Below are positions 28,414 through 39,295 of a stretch of DNA of 64,000 bases, one piece after another. Each line of letters opens with the position of its first letter. Within the stretch, counting starts at the first letter, position 1. The stretch is from the NCBI GenBank assembly GCA_963778255.1, contig CAVZUP010000142.1, forward strand, positions 73,938 to 137,937. The letters run 5' to 3'. This stretch comes from an uncultured Acidobacteriaceae bacterium (GTDB taxonomy: Bacteria > Acidobacteriota > Terriglobia > Terriglobales > Acidobacteriaceae). The position numbers and the translations under genes are program-made. The notes beneath the pieces were generated by a model. That model had not been told where the DNA came from. It saw nothing but the letters and a program-made list of their open reading frames with translations, and ran no database searches.

Positions 28414-29544
28414 CTAGGGGGCGGATTCGCTGGTTGGCTCGGAGCGCTGGCTTTCGTTACCTCGGACGTCAATGGCGGAGACTGCGTAAGTGTAGGTTTT
28501 TCCGGGGACGACGGCGCTATCGCGATAGGCGGGCGATTTTACCGGGTCGGAATTTACCTTAACGGCGGCTCCGTTGGCTTCTGCGCGATAGACGTTGTAT
28601 CCGGCCAGATCGGGGTTGGTCACCGGGGCCCAGATGAGATCGATGAATGGTTTTTGCCCTTCGCCGGAGTATGCGGCTTGCAGTCCGGCGGGCACGTTGG
28701 GTGGGAAAACGTCGTGGGCGACTACGCGCACCGGCGGGGTGTCGTCTCCTTCAATTTGCACTTCGCTGTCGGGGCGTTTGAGGAAGGTCACGGCGGCGAC
28801 GCGGTAGAGGTACGTCTTCTCCCATTCGAGTCCGGTATCGGTGAAATGCACGGGGCTGGGTTCGGCTGAGGGAACGGGAACTTCGCCGGCGATGGCGTCT
28901 TTGCCGGAGCTTTCGTCGCGCCGGTAAATTCGATAACGAAGTTCGACGGCGGGAGAAGCGGCGGGTTTCTGGTTGGCGGCACTGGTCCAGGTGAGGGCGG
29001 TGCCGTCGCCAGTGAGCTTGGCGGATAGATCGCCTGGCGGAGGCAGGGTCGCGATGGCGGGCACGTGGACGCGATTTGAGAGTCCTGCGCTGCGGGCGTT
29101 GCGGTTCAAGACCTCGACGGCGTAGGTGACTTCGGCGGCGGGATCCTGCTGTTGCAGGGCCGCGGGCAGGGTGTCGGTGTAAGCCTGCCGCGTGGGATGC
29201 TGGGATTCTGATTTAGGCGCTTTGCCCCGCGAGGATTTCGGTCTCTGCGGGACAACGGAGGGCGCGGGCAGCGTGGCAGCGAGAGTCCCGCATTCGGCGA
29301 TTTCAGATTCCAGGCTGCGGCAGATAAGGGTCGGGCCGAGATAGCGCACGCTCTGGCGGTCGGTGGTGAGGGCGGGCTCGCTCCAGCTCAGGGTGACGCG
29401 ATCGCCTTTGCGGCTGGCGTGCAGGTCCGTGGGCGGCTTGGGAAGCTCGAGCGACGGCGGCAGCGGGTGGCCGACCTGGGCGCAACTGGCCAGCAGCAGG
29501 CAGAGTGCGGTAAGCGCGATGAACTTTGCGGAATGTCGCTTCAT
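28414..29544 (-). CDS. lipoprotein with fibronectin-III-like repeats
   Basis: MKRHSAKFIALTALCLLLASC lipobox. Repeated L.W..P....DLAGY.VYR-like segments. ATG at 29544 chosen. Confidence 0.6.
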   Translation of the reverse strand: MKRHSAKFIALTALCLLLASCAQVGHPLPPSLELPKPPTDLHASRKGDRVTLSWSEPALTTDRQSVRYLGPTLICRSLESEIAECGTLAATLPAPSVVPQRPKSSRGKAPKSESQHPTRQAYTDTLPAALQQQDPAAEVTYAVEVLNRNARSAGLSNRVHVPAIATLPPPGDLSAKLTGDGTALTWTSAANQKPAASPAVELRYRIYRRDESSGKDAIAGEVPVPSAEPSPVHFTDTGLEWEKTYLYRVAAVTFLKRPDSEVQIEGDDTPPVRVVAHDVFPPNVPAGLQAAYSGEGQKPFIDLIWAPVTNPDLAGYNVYRAEANGAAVKVNSDPVKSPAYRDSAVVPGKTYTYAVSAIDVRGNESQRSEPTSESAP

Positions 29545-29620
29545 GCGGAAAGGAAAGAGTAACAGAGGAAGTGTGAGCGCGGGCGAGTCACCCCGCGCCC
29601 ACATTGGTTCGGATCACAGC

Positions 29621-31048
<1,428 letters not shown>

Positions 31049-31052
31049 AAAT

Positions 31053-31132
31053 GCGTCGTTGGTCGTTGGTCGTCAGGAGAAACCGCAATCATTTCGCATT
31101 CCGCGAACGACTAGCGACTGACGACCATCGAC
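31053..31132. repeat. inverted TGGTCGT-type unit arrays (hslV/hslU spacer)
   Basis: ggtcgtcag (31068..31076) pairs perfectly with ctgacgacc (31118..31126), and the flanking units are similar. Confidence 0.6.
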
Positions 31133-31138
31133 TCTTTG

Positions 31139-31729
31139 CTACAACTCCTCGATCGTTACCCTGTCATTGGTATAGATGCACATGCGGCCGGCAATCTTCA
31201 TTGCTTCTTCGGCGATTTCTCGCGGCGAGAGCTGGGTGTGATCGGCCAGGGCCTGGGCTGCCGCCTGGGCAAACGGGCCGCCGGAGCCGATCGCCGCTAT
31301 GCCGGTATCGGGCTCGATCACGTCTCCCTGACCGCTCAGCAGGAACGTTGTCTCTTTGTCGGTAACAATCAGGAGGGCTTCGAGATGCCGCAGAAATTTA
31401 TCGGTGCGCCAGTCTTTGGCGAGTTCGACGGCGGCGCGTCCGAGGTTGCCATGATACTGGTCGAGTTTGGCCTCGAAACGGCTGAACAAAGTGAAGGCGT
31501 CGGCGGTTGAGCCGGCGAATCCGGCCAGGATTTTGTCTTGATAGAGGCGGCGAATCTTCTTGGCGCCGTGCTTGATTACGGACTCGCCTAACGTGACTTG
31601 GCCGTCTCCAGCCATGACGACTTTGTCGTCGCGGCGGACGCAGAGGACGGTGGTGGAACGGATTAAGCGGCGAGAGGAAGCTTCGGCGGCGTTCTCAGCG
31701 GCCTTGACTGCTAGTGTGTTCTTTTTCAT
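31139..31729 (-). CDS. hslV: ATP-dependent protease subunit HslV with 25-aa N-terminal extension
   Basis: [21 protein letters not shown]...[10 protein letters not shown]...GSGG. The catalytic Thr is preceded by [25 protein letters not shown]. Confidence 0.9.
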   Translation of the reverse strand: MKKNTLAVKAAENAAEASSRRLIRSTTVLCVRRDDKVVMAGDGQVTLGESVIKHGAKKIRRLYQDKILAGFAGSTADAFTLFSRFEAKLDQYHGNLGRAAVELAKDWRTDKFLRHLEALLIVTDKETTFLLSGQGDVIEPDTGIAAIGSGGPFAQAAAQALADHTQLSPREIAEEAMKIAGRMCIYTNDRVTIEEL

Positions 31730-31795
31730 GAGCGCAATTCTTGATTATACAACCGTGTAGAATTTGAACATCGATTCAGCGGGAGCCATTCTCTT

Positions 31796-34447
31796 TTGTC
31801 GTTTCTGGACGAGTTAAATCCGCAACAACGCGAGGCGGTTGAGACTACCGAGGGGCCGGTGCTTATTTTGGCTGGCGCGGGCAGCGGGAAGACTCGGGTC
31901 ATCACGTTTCGGATTGCCTATCTGATCGAGAAGATGGGGGTGATGCCGGAATCGATTCTGGCGGTGACTTTCACCAACAAGGCCTCGTCGGAGATGGCCG
32001 AGCGCGTCGATAAGCTTGTGGGCGGGCTCAGCGTGGCCAAGCCGGTGATTTCCACGTTTCATTCTTTTTGCGTGCGGGTGCTGCGGCGGGATATCGAGGC
32101 TCTGCGGATTCCTTCTGCCGTGCCTGGACAACCTCCGATTGGGCTGACTAAGAATTTCGTTATCTACGACGAAAGCGATCAGCAGCAGGTGGTCAAGGGG
32201 ATCATGCGGCGGCTGGGGCTGGATGACAAGCAGCTGACGCCGCGCAACGTGCTTTCGCGGATTTCCTGGGCAAAGAATCACATGCTTAATCCGCAGGAAA
32301 TTTATTTGCAGTCGGCTGATCCGAAGACGGAGAAGATCGCGCACATTTTCGAGGAGTATCGCAAGGAACTTCTGAAAGCGAATGCCATGGATTTCGACGA
32401 TCTGTTGCTCGAAGCCATGCGGTTGCTGAAGTCGGTGGCGGCGGTGCGGGAATATTACAACCGACGGTTTCAATATTTGCTGGTGGATGAATATCAGGAT
32501 ACGAATCGTCCGCAGTATGAGTTGATGCGGTTGCTGGCGGGCGATCGGCACAACGTTTGCGCGGTGGGAGATGAGGATCAGTCGATCTACTCCTGGCGCG
32601 GGGCGGACATTCGCAACATTCTGGAGTTTGAGCGCGACTTTCCGGAAGCGAAGATTGTGCGACTGGAACAGAACTATCGTTCGACGCAGAACATTCTGGA
32701 AGCGGCGTCGGTGGTGGTGGCGAACAACGTCCGGCGCAAGGGGAAGAACCTTTGGACTTCGCGGCAGGGCGGGGCGAAGATCGGGTACTACGAAGCTCCA
32801 GACGGTGAGAACGAGGCACTGTTTGCGGCCGACACGATCAGTAAGTACGTGCGCGCTGCGGGCGAGAGTGGAGATACGGCGCGGGCCGCGGTGCTTTACC
32901 GGACCAATTCGCAATCGCGGCTGTTTGAAGAAGCGATGCGGCGCTATGGGATGAAGTATCACGTGGTGGGCGGATTTTCGTTTTACGAGCGGGCTGAGAT
33001 CAAGGACCTGATTTCGTATCTGAAGGTGATTCAGAATCCGGATGATTCGGTATCTTTGCTGCGTGTGATCAATACTCCGGTGCGCGGGATTGGGAAGACT
33101 ACGATCGAGTTGATCGAGCGGTTGGCGCTGGAGACGGGATTGTCGATGTGGGGCGCGGTCGGCGAGGCGATCACGCGACAGTTGCTTCCGGCGCGCGCTT
33201 TGGCGGCTTTGAAGAGCTTTCGCGAGCTGATCGAGGATGGGCGCGCGATGCTCGCGGGTTCGTTTGTCGAACGAGTGGAAGAAAGTAGCGCCGGCGTCCC
33301 GCCGGCAGTCGAGCGGGCGTCCCCGCCCGCGCCGCAAGCAGCGGCAACTGCCAGTGGGTCGGACACGGATTTCGATCCGGGAAACTTCAGTTTTGATTTT
33401 GGGGATGATGACGCGGTTGTCGAGGACATCGCTGCCTCCACCGATGAACTGGTTGCTGATGGACCGGCGACCGAGGCGGCTGAAGGTTTTCGCGCTCCGG
33501 GCGCGGCGGCTAACACGGCTGAGATTCTCAAGTTCCTGATTGACCGCACGGGATACATCAAACAGCTGGAAGAGGAAGACACGCCGGAAGCGTTCTCGCG
33601 GATTGAAAATCTGCGCGAACTGGTCAATGCGGCTATGGATTCGCGCGATCGCGGGGAGACGCTCGATCAGTTTCTCGACCACGCCGCACTGGTCAGCGAC
33701 GCCGATCAGTACGATGAGCACGCGCAGATCACGCTGATGACTCTGCACGCGGCGAAGGGGTTGGAGTTTCCTCTAGTGGTGCTGGCCGGGCTGGAAGAGG
33801 GGTTGTTTCCGCATTCCCGGACCATGCTGGAGCCGGATTCGATCGAGGAAGAACGGCGGCTTTGCTATGTTGGAATGACGCGAGCCATGGACACTCTGAT
33901 CTTGTCGCGTGCGGTGTATCGGCGGCGGTATGGGACGGACATGCCGGAGGCTAGTGTGCCTTCGCGGTTTTTGGAGGAAGTTCCGCCGCAGTTGGTGGAG
34001 GAGTTGGGCGGATCGCGAGCTCGACGTGGTTCGACATCTCCGGCGACTTCTTATACTGCTTCCGGCCTTTCGCGGACAAGAATGTCCGCGCCACACGAGC
34101 ATGGACCGCATTATTCCTACGAGGACGAGGACCAGAGCGCGGTCTGGAATCCGGCGAAGGTGAAGGCGAAGACGCCGACTCCGCTTAAGAACTACAACTC
34201 CATTGACAATATTGCCGAGTTTTTTGCCTCGCGGGGCAAGAAGTTTAATGTCCCGAAAATGGCGCCGGAGGAGCCTACGGGCAAGCGTGGATTTCGCCCT
34301 GGGCAGAAGGTTAAGCATCCGAAATATGGCGAAGGAACGGTCTATCAGCGCGAAGGGGATGGGGAAGACGCTAAGATTACGGTACAATTCCCTCGCTTCG
34401 GTTTGAAGAAATTGGTGGAGCGGTACGCGCAGTTGGAGAGGGCGTAG
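31796..34447 (+). CDS. pcrA: UvrD/PcrA-family ATP-dependent DNA helicase with acidic low-complexity insert and C-terminal Tudor-like domain
   Basis: AGAGSGKT, DEYQDTN, TLHAAKGLEF and the C-terminal GQKVKHPKYGEGTV motif. Confidence 0.9.
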   Translation: MSFLDELNPQQREAVETTEGPVLILAGAGSGKTRVITFRIAYLIEKMGVMPESILAVTFTNKASSEMAERVDKLVGGLSVAKPVISTFHSFCVRVLRRDIEALRIPSAVPGQPPIGLTKNFVIYDESDQQQVVKGIMRRLGLDDKQLTPRNVLSRISWAKNHMLNPQEIYLQSADPKTEKIAHIFEEYRKELLKANAMDFDDLLLEAMRLLKSVAAVREYYNRRFQYLLVDEYQDTNRPQYELMRLLAGDRHNVCAVGDEDQSIYSWRGADIRNILEFERDFPEAKIVRLEQNYRSTQNILEAASVVVANNVRRKGKNLWTSRQGGAKIGYYEAPDGENEALFAADTISKYVRAAGESGDTARAAVLYRTNSQSRLFEEAMRRYGMKYHVVGGFSFYERAEIKDLISYLKVIQNPDDSVSLLRVINTPVRGIGKTTIELIERLALETGLSMWGAVGEAITRQLLPARALAALKSFRELIEDGRAMLAGSFVERVEESSAGVPPAVERASPPAPQAAATASGSDTDFDPGNFSFDFGDDDAVVEDIAASTDELVADGPATEAAEGFRAPGAAANTAEILKFLIDRTGYIKQLEEEDTPEAFSRIENLRELVNAAMDSRDRGETLDQFLDHAALVSDADQYDEHAQITLMTLHAAKGLEFPLVVLAGLEEGLFPHSRTMLEPDSIEEERRLCYVGMTRAMDTLILSRAVYRRRYGTDMPEASVPSRFLEEVPPQLVEELGGSRARRGSTSPATSYTASGLSRTRMSAPHEHGPHYSYEDEDQSAVWNPAKVKAKTPTPLKNYNSIDNIAEFFASRGKKFNVPKMAPEEPTGKRGFRPGQKVKHPKYGEGTVYQREGDGEDAKITVQFPRFGLKKLVERYAQLERA
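33285..33338. repeat. twin GC-hairpin element copy inside the pcrA CDS (encodes SSAGVPPAVERASPPAPQ)
   Basis: About 85% identical to 698..750. Both stems are retained. Confidence 0.7.
34071..34096. repeat. CGCGGACA-agaa-TGTCCGCG-CCACAC hairpin inside the pcrA CDS (encodes SRTRMSAPHE)
   Basis: Read directly. Paralogous to 5725..5752 (reverse complement) and 46021..46046. Confidence 0.65.
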
Positions 34448-34481
34448 AGCGGAGAAGAAGTCCCGCGACTTGCCAGAATTG

Positions 34482-34510
34482 CCGGTCCCTCGCTACGCTC
34501 GGGATGAAGG
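34482..34510 (+). repeat. GGTCCCTCGCTACGCTCGGGATGAAGG motif copy
   Basis: Matches the core of 24563..24589. Confidence 0.5.
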
Positions 34511-34563
34511 CAAGTCAAGAGTTTTGAAATCACAATACGTGAAGAGAGAAGAGAAACGCACTG

Positions 34564-34725
34564 ATGGCAGACACAAAGAAGCTAACCAAAGAAGAGCGCA
34601 AGAAAACCAAACGAGCCTCCCGCAAGAAAGACAAAGCGGAAAAACCGAAGAAGCCCCGCGACTACGCGCGCGGATCGAAGAAGCGCAAGGTGAAAAAGCT
34701 AGCGCGCGGCCAGGCGAAGCGGTAG
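34564..34725 (+). CDS. 53-aa highly basic small protein (below the ORF-track cutoff)
   Basis: ATG..TAG frame translated by hand: MADTKKLTKEERKKTKRASRKKDKAEKPKKPRDYARGSKKRKVKKLARGQAKR. Purine-rich stretch upstream and a hairpin downstream. Confidence 0.4.
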   Translation: MADTKKLTKEERKKTKRASRKKDKAEKPKKPRDYARGSKKRKVKKLARGQAKR

Positions 34726-34752
34726 GCCGTTAGCTTGAGTTGTGTTCAGTTC

Positions 34753-34777
34753 CGGGCATGGGTCAGGCCCATGCCCG
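34753..34777. other. 10-bp hairpin CGGGCATGGG-tcagg-CCCATGCCCG (no U tract)
   Basis: Read directly. Lies between the small basic ORF and the permease gene. Confidence 0.5.
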
Positions 34778-34805
34778 ACTCCCGCTGTGAGGAGACAACG
34801 AACTC

Positions 34806-36392
34806 TTGTCACAATCATCCAGTGAGCCTGCGGCTGCGGTCGTCCGCACTTCCAACAGCCAAGCTTTTTGTTGCAAGTCGATCGACAAACTGATCTCGGA
34901 GTCGGAGAACCCGGAACACCGGCTCAGCAAGACGCTGGGGCCGTGGTCGCTGACGGCGCTGGGCATTGGCGCCATCATCGGTTCGGGAATTTTCGTGCTG
35001 ACGGGAACGGCGGCGGCTGGAGAATATTTCCAGGCGCCTTCCATCCTGCACGCGCAGGCGCTCGACGTGATTGTGAATGTGCTGCGCACCGGCAGCACGG
35101 CGGGAGCGCTCATGCATGGGCGTCCGCCGGCGGGGCCTTCGATTGCCATTTCGTTTTTTCTGGTGGCGATTGCCTGCAGTTTCGCCGGATTGTGCTACGC
35201 CGAACTGGCGTCGATGATCCCGATTGCGGGCAGCGCTTACACCTACTCGTACGCCACGCTCGGCGAAATCTTTGCCTGGATCATCGGCTGGGACCTGATT
35301 CTTGAGTATGTAGTCAGCAACGTCGCCGTGGCGGTAGGCTTCGCGGGTTATACGAAGGCGCAATTCGCGGCGTTCGGCATCAACTTGCCGGACAAATGGT
35401 CTGGCCCGGTGTGGGCCGGTGGGCAATGGACGGGCGCGTACTTCAATCTGCCCGGTTTCCTGATCGTTTTTATTCTCACGCTGCTGTTGGTGCGTGGAGT
35501 GAAGGAGTCGGCTGAGACCAACAACATCATGGTCGCGGTCAAGATTGGCGCGATTCTGACGTTTCTGGTGGTGGGTGGAATGCTGGTGAAGCCTGCGAAC
35601 TGGACGCCCTTCGCGCCATCTGGCTTTGCCGGGATCGTGACCGGCGGCGCGATTGTCTTCTTCACGTATATCGGATTCGATTCGGTCTCCACTGCGGCGG
35701 AGGAATCGCGCAATCCGCAAAAAGATTTGCCCTTCGGCATCATCATGTCGCTGATTGTGTGCACGCTGCTGTATGTTGGCGTGGCAGTGGTGTTGCTCGG
35801 CATGATGAAGTACACGACGTTTGTTTCCGGCGAAGCGGCCGAAGCGCCGGTTGCGTACGCGATGAAATATCTCGGCGTGCATCCGTTCTTCCGGTCGGTG
35901 ATTGTGATTGGCGCGCTGACGGGGATGATCTCTTCGCTGCTCGTGTTTCAGTACGGGCAAGCGCGCATCTGGTACGCCATGTCGCGCGACGGGCTGTTGC
36001 CCAAGCTATTTTCGGCGGTGCATCCGAAATATAAGACGCCGCACTGGTCGACGTGGATTGCCTGCTTTGCGGTTGGGATTCCCGCCGGGCTGGTGGATAT
36101 TGGGGACGCGGCCGATCTGGCTAACATTGGGACGCTGTTTGCCTTTGTGCTGGTTTCGCTGGGCGTGATTTTTCTGCGACGCAATCAGCCGGATCGCAAA
36201 CGCGCGTTCCGCGTGCCTTTTGTGCCGTGGTTCCCGCTGCTCTCGGTGCTTTTTTGCGGCGGGCTGATGTTCGGGCTGACGCTGATTACCTGGCTGCGGT
36301 TTGTGATCTGGCTGGCGCTGGGATTGGTGATTTATATCTTCTACAGCCGGCATCATAGTGAGTTTGCCAAGAAGAATCGGGTCATCGGGTGA
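34806..36392 (+). CDS. APC-superfamily amino acid permease (cationic amino acid transporter-like)
   Basis: LGPWSLTALGIGAIIGSGIFVLTG and about 12-14 hydrophobic segments. TTG start is uncertain. Confidence 0.85.
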   Translation: MSQSSSEPAAAVVRTSNSQAFCCKSIDKLISESENPEHRLSKTLGPWSLTALGIGAIIGSGIFVLTGTAAAGEYFQAPSILHAQALDVIVNVLRTGSTAGALMHGRPPAGPSIAISFFLVAIACSFAGLCYAELASMIPIAGSAYTYSYATLGEIFAWIIGWDLILEYVVSNVAVAVGFAGYTKAQFAAFGINLPDKWSGPVWAGGQWTGAYFNLPGFLIVFILTLLLVRGVKESAETNNIMVAVKIGAILTFLVVGGMLVKPANWTPFAPSGFAGIVTGGAIVFFTYIGFDSVSTAAEESRNPQKDLPFGIIMSLIVCTLLYVGVAVVLLGMMKYTTFVSGEAAEAPVAYAMKYLGVHPFFRSVIVIGALTGMISSLLVFQYGQARIWYAMSRDGLLPKLFSAVHPKYKTPHWSTWIACFAVGIPAGLVDIGDAADLANIGTLFAFVLVSLGVIFLRRNQPDRKRAFRVPFVPWFPLLSVLFCGGLMFGLTLITWLRFVIWLALGLVIYIFYSRHHSEFAKKNRVIG

Positions 36393-36436
36393 TCGGGCCA
36401 TCGGGTCATTTGAAGTCGATCCTTTAGAATCGTTGC

Positions 36437-37447
36437 ATGGCCTCGGAACCTTCCAGCTTCATCCTTTCGCTGCCGAAGGCTGAGCTTCATCTACATCTTG
36501 AGGGATCGATCGAGCCATCCACGTTGCTGGAGTTGCGGCAGCGACACGGGATGGACGGGGCTTCGCTGGCCGAAGTGGAGCAACTCTACAATTATGCGGA
36601 CTTCAAGGGGTTCCTCTCGGCGTTTAAGGATGTGACGGGGCATCTGCGCACTCCGGAAGATTACGAGTTGATCACCTACCGGCTGATGGAGCGGCTGAAG
36701 GCGCAGAACGTGCTTCATGCGGAGGTCATTGTTTCGGTCGGAGTTTGCCTCTGGCGCAAGCAGGATTTCCCGGCGATTTTCGAGGGGCTGGAGCGCGGGC
36801 GGCTGCGCGGCGAGAAGGATTTCGGTATTTCGCTGCTGTGGATCTTCGATGCCATACGCCAGTTTGGGGCGGAGAAGGCGCAGAAGGTGCTCGACCTAGC
36901 GATTCAGTTTCGCGAGCGCAATGTGATTGCCTTCGGCATTGGCGGCGATGAGCTGGCGGGGCCTCCAGAGTGGTTTGCGGAGGTTTACGCGCGGGCGGCG
37001 GAGCATGGTCTTCATCTGACGGCGCACGCGGGTGAAAGCGCCGGGCCGGAGTCGATTTGGGGCGCGCTGAATCTTAAGGCGGAGCGCATTGGGCACGGGC
37101 TCACTACCGGGCAGGATGCGGAATTGATCGAAGAGTTGGCCGAGCGCCAGGTTCCGATTGAAATCTGCGTGACCAGCAATCTGCGGACGGGGTGCTGCGC
37201 GGAACTGGCGCAACATCCGGTGCGGCGGTACTTCGACCAGGGATTGATGCTGACGCTCAACAGCGACGATCCGGCCATGTTTCGCACCTCGCTGGTCGCG
37301 GAGTATGCGCTGGCGCAAGAGACATTCGGCTTCACGAATGAACATCTGCGCGAATTGGCGCGGAATTCGTTTGAGGCGTCTTTTCTGGCGGCGGAGAAGA
37401 AGATTGAATTTCTGAATCTGTTGGATGCGGCTACTCCGCGGGCGTAA
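36437..37447 (+). CDS. add: adenosine deaminase (cytoplasmic)
   Basis: LPKAELHLHLEGSI, HAGE, ERIGHG, SDDP motifs. Confidence 0.9.
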   Translation: MASEPSSFILSLPKAELHLHLEGSIEPSTLLELRQRHGMDGASLAEVEQLYNYADFKGFLSAFKDVTGHLRTPEDYELITYRLMERLKAQNVLHAEVIVSVGVCLWRKQDFPAIFEGLERGRLRGEKDFGISLLWIFDAIRQFGAEKAQKVLDLAIQFRERNVIAFGIGGDELAGPPEWFAEVYARAAEHGLHLTAHAGESAGPESIWGALNLKAERIGHGLTTGQDAELIEELAERQVPIEICVTSNLRTGCCAELAQHPVRRYFDQGLMLTLNSDDPAMFRTSLVAEYALAQETFGFTNEHLRELARNSFEASFLAAEKKIEFLNLLDAATPRA

Positions 37448-37451
37448 GTCC

Positions 37452-37533
37452 GCTGTTCGTCGTTCGCTGCTCGCTATTCGCAGCCCGGATCCGATCAGCG
37501 AAGAGCGAACGGCGAACAGCGCTCAGCGAACAG
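37452..37533. repeat. inverted arrays of GCGAACAG-type units
   Basis: The reverse complement of ctgttcgtcgttcgct matches agcgaacggcgaacag at 15 of 16 positions. Confidence 0.6.
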
Positions 37534-37607
37534 TGATCTCCCATCACACAGCCCCGTGTCAGGCGTCACACTTTGAATGTTTTGGCGCTCGCCTATAATG
37601 TCTCCCT

Positions 37608-39158
37608 ATGAAACTCGATGAGAAAATTGCCGAACTGAAAAAACGAGACCAGATGGCGCTGGAAGGCGGCGGCGCGCAACGGCGCGAGCGCCAGCACAAA
37701 GAGGGCAAAATGTCGGCCCGCGAGCGCATTGAGTTCTTGCTCGACGAAGGCACGTTCGAGGAAACCGACAAGCTGGTTACGCACCGTTGCTACAACTTCG
37801 GCATGGAACAGCAGAAGTATTACGGCGATGGTTTCATTACCGGCTACGGGCGCGTCGAAGGACGGCTCGTCTTTGTTTTTGCGCAGGATTTCACGGTGTT
37901 TGGCGGCTCGCTCTCTGAGGCCAACGCCTTGAAGATCGTCAAGATCATGGACCTGGCGGCCAAGATGGGCGCTCCGGTGATTGGACTGAACGATTCGGGT
38001 GGGGCGCGCATTCAGGAAGGCGTGATGTCGCTGGCTGGCTATGCCGACATCTTTCTGCGCAATACGCTTTATAGCGGAGTCGTACCGCAGATCTCGGCCA
38101 TTATGGGGCCGTGCGCGGGTGGCGCTGTGTATTCGCCGGCGATTACTGACTTTATTTTGATGGTTGACCAGACTTCTTACATGTTTATTACTGGGCCTGA
38201 CGTGATTAAGACCGTCACGCACGAAGAAGTCACGAAAGATCAGTTGGGCGGCGCGCACACGCACAACGAAACTTCTGGTGTTGCGCACTTCATGTGTCGC
38301 GATGATGCCGAGTGCTTGTCGATGGTCCGCGAGTTGTTGAGCTTTGTTCCGTCGAACAACATGGAGGATCCTCCGCGGAAGGCTTGCACCGATCCGATCG
38401 ACCGGCTGGACTCGAAGCTGGACACGATCATCCCAGATCAATCGAACATGCCGTATGACATGAAGGACATTATTCACACGGTGGTGGATGATAGTTATTT
38501 TTTTGAAATTCACGAGCACTACGCAAAGAATATTGTCGTCGGATTTGCTCGGTTGAACGGCAAGTCAGTCGGGATCGTGGCGAATCAGCCGGCTATGCTT
38601 GCCGGGACGCTGGATATCAATGCTTCGGTGAAGGCCGCGCGCTTTGTACGCTTCTGCGACTGCTTCAATATTCCGCTGGTGACGTTTGAAGACGTTCCGG
38701 GATTTTTACCGGGCACGCAGCAGGAGTATGGCGGAATCATCCGCCACGGCGCGAAGTTGCTGTATGCGTTTGCGGAAGCCACGGTGCCGAAAGTGACCGT
38801 GATTACCCGCAAGGCTTACGGCGGAGCTTATTGCGTCATGGCTTCCAAGCATATCCGGACCGATGTGAACTACGCCTGGCCTAGCGCGGAGATCGCGGTG
38901 ATGGGTCCGGAGGGCGCGGTGGATATTGTCTACAAGCGCGAACTGGATGGCGCTGCGAATCGCGAAGCGGCTCGGCAACAGAAGATTGAAGAATTCCGCG
39001 AGACACTGGCCAACCCCTACGTGGCGGCTGATCGTGGATTTGTCGATGCGGTGATTCAACCGCGGGAGACGCGGAAGAAGCTGATCCAGGCGCTGGAGAT
39101 GCTGGAGACCAAGCGGGATAAGAATCCGCCCAAGAAGCATGGGAATATTCCCCTGTAG
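37608..39158 (+). CDS. acyl-CoA carboxylase carboxyltransferase (beta) subunit, PccB/MmdA family
   Basis: 516 aa with typical carboxyl_trans sequence ([21 protein letters not shown]...; GGAYCVM). Confidence 0.9.
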   Translation: MKLDEKIAELKKRDQMALEGGGAQRRERQHKEGKMSARERIEFLLDEGTFEETDKLVTHRCYNFGMEQQKYYGDGFITGYGRVEGRLVFVFAQDFTVFGGSLSEANALKIVKIMDLAAKMGAPVIGLNDSGGARIQEGVMSLAGYADIFLRNTLYSGVVPQISAIMGPCAGGAVYSPAITDFILMVDQTSYMFITGPDVIKTVTHEEVTKDQLGGAHTHNETSGVAHFMCRDDAECLSMVRELLSFVPSNNMEDPPRKACTDPIDRLDSKLDTIIPDQSNMPYDMKDIIHTVVDDSYFFEIHEHYAKNIVVGFARLNGKSVGIVANQPAMLAGTLDINASVKAARFVRFCDCFNIPLVTFEDVPGFLPGTQQEYGGIIRHGAKLLYAFAEATVPKVTVITRKAYGGAYCVMASKHIRTDVNYAWPSAEIAVMGPEGAVDIVYKRELDGAANREAARQQKIEEFRETLANPYVAADRGFVDAVIQPRETRKKLIQALEMLETKRDKNPPKKHGNIPL

Positions 39159-39295
39159 GTTGGTCGATGGTCGTTTATCGGTTGTTATTGGTCGGCGGGC
39201 TTCAAATACTGGGACTTGCCGGGACAAAGGCGGTTGCAGTGGCCTAGGTTGTGAACCTCCAAAAAAGCTCAACAGCTCAATAAAAGGCGGAACGA

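Noticed and set aside
34470-34733. 87-aa track ORF downstream of pcrA.
   Set aside because: It starts inside a dispersed repeat motif and has a low-complexity Glu/Arg/Gln translation. The alternative 53-codon frame (34564..34725) is more gene-like.
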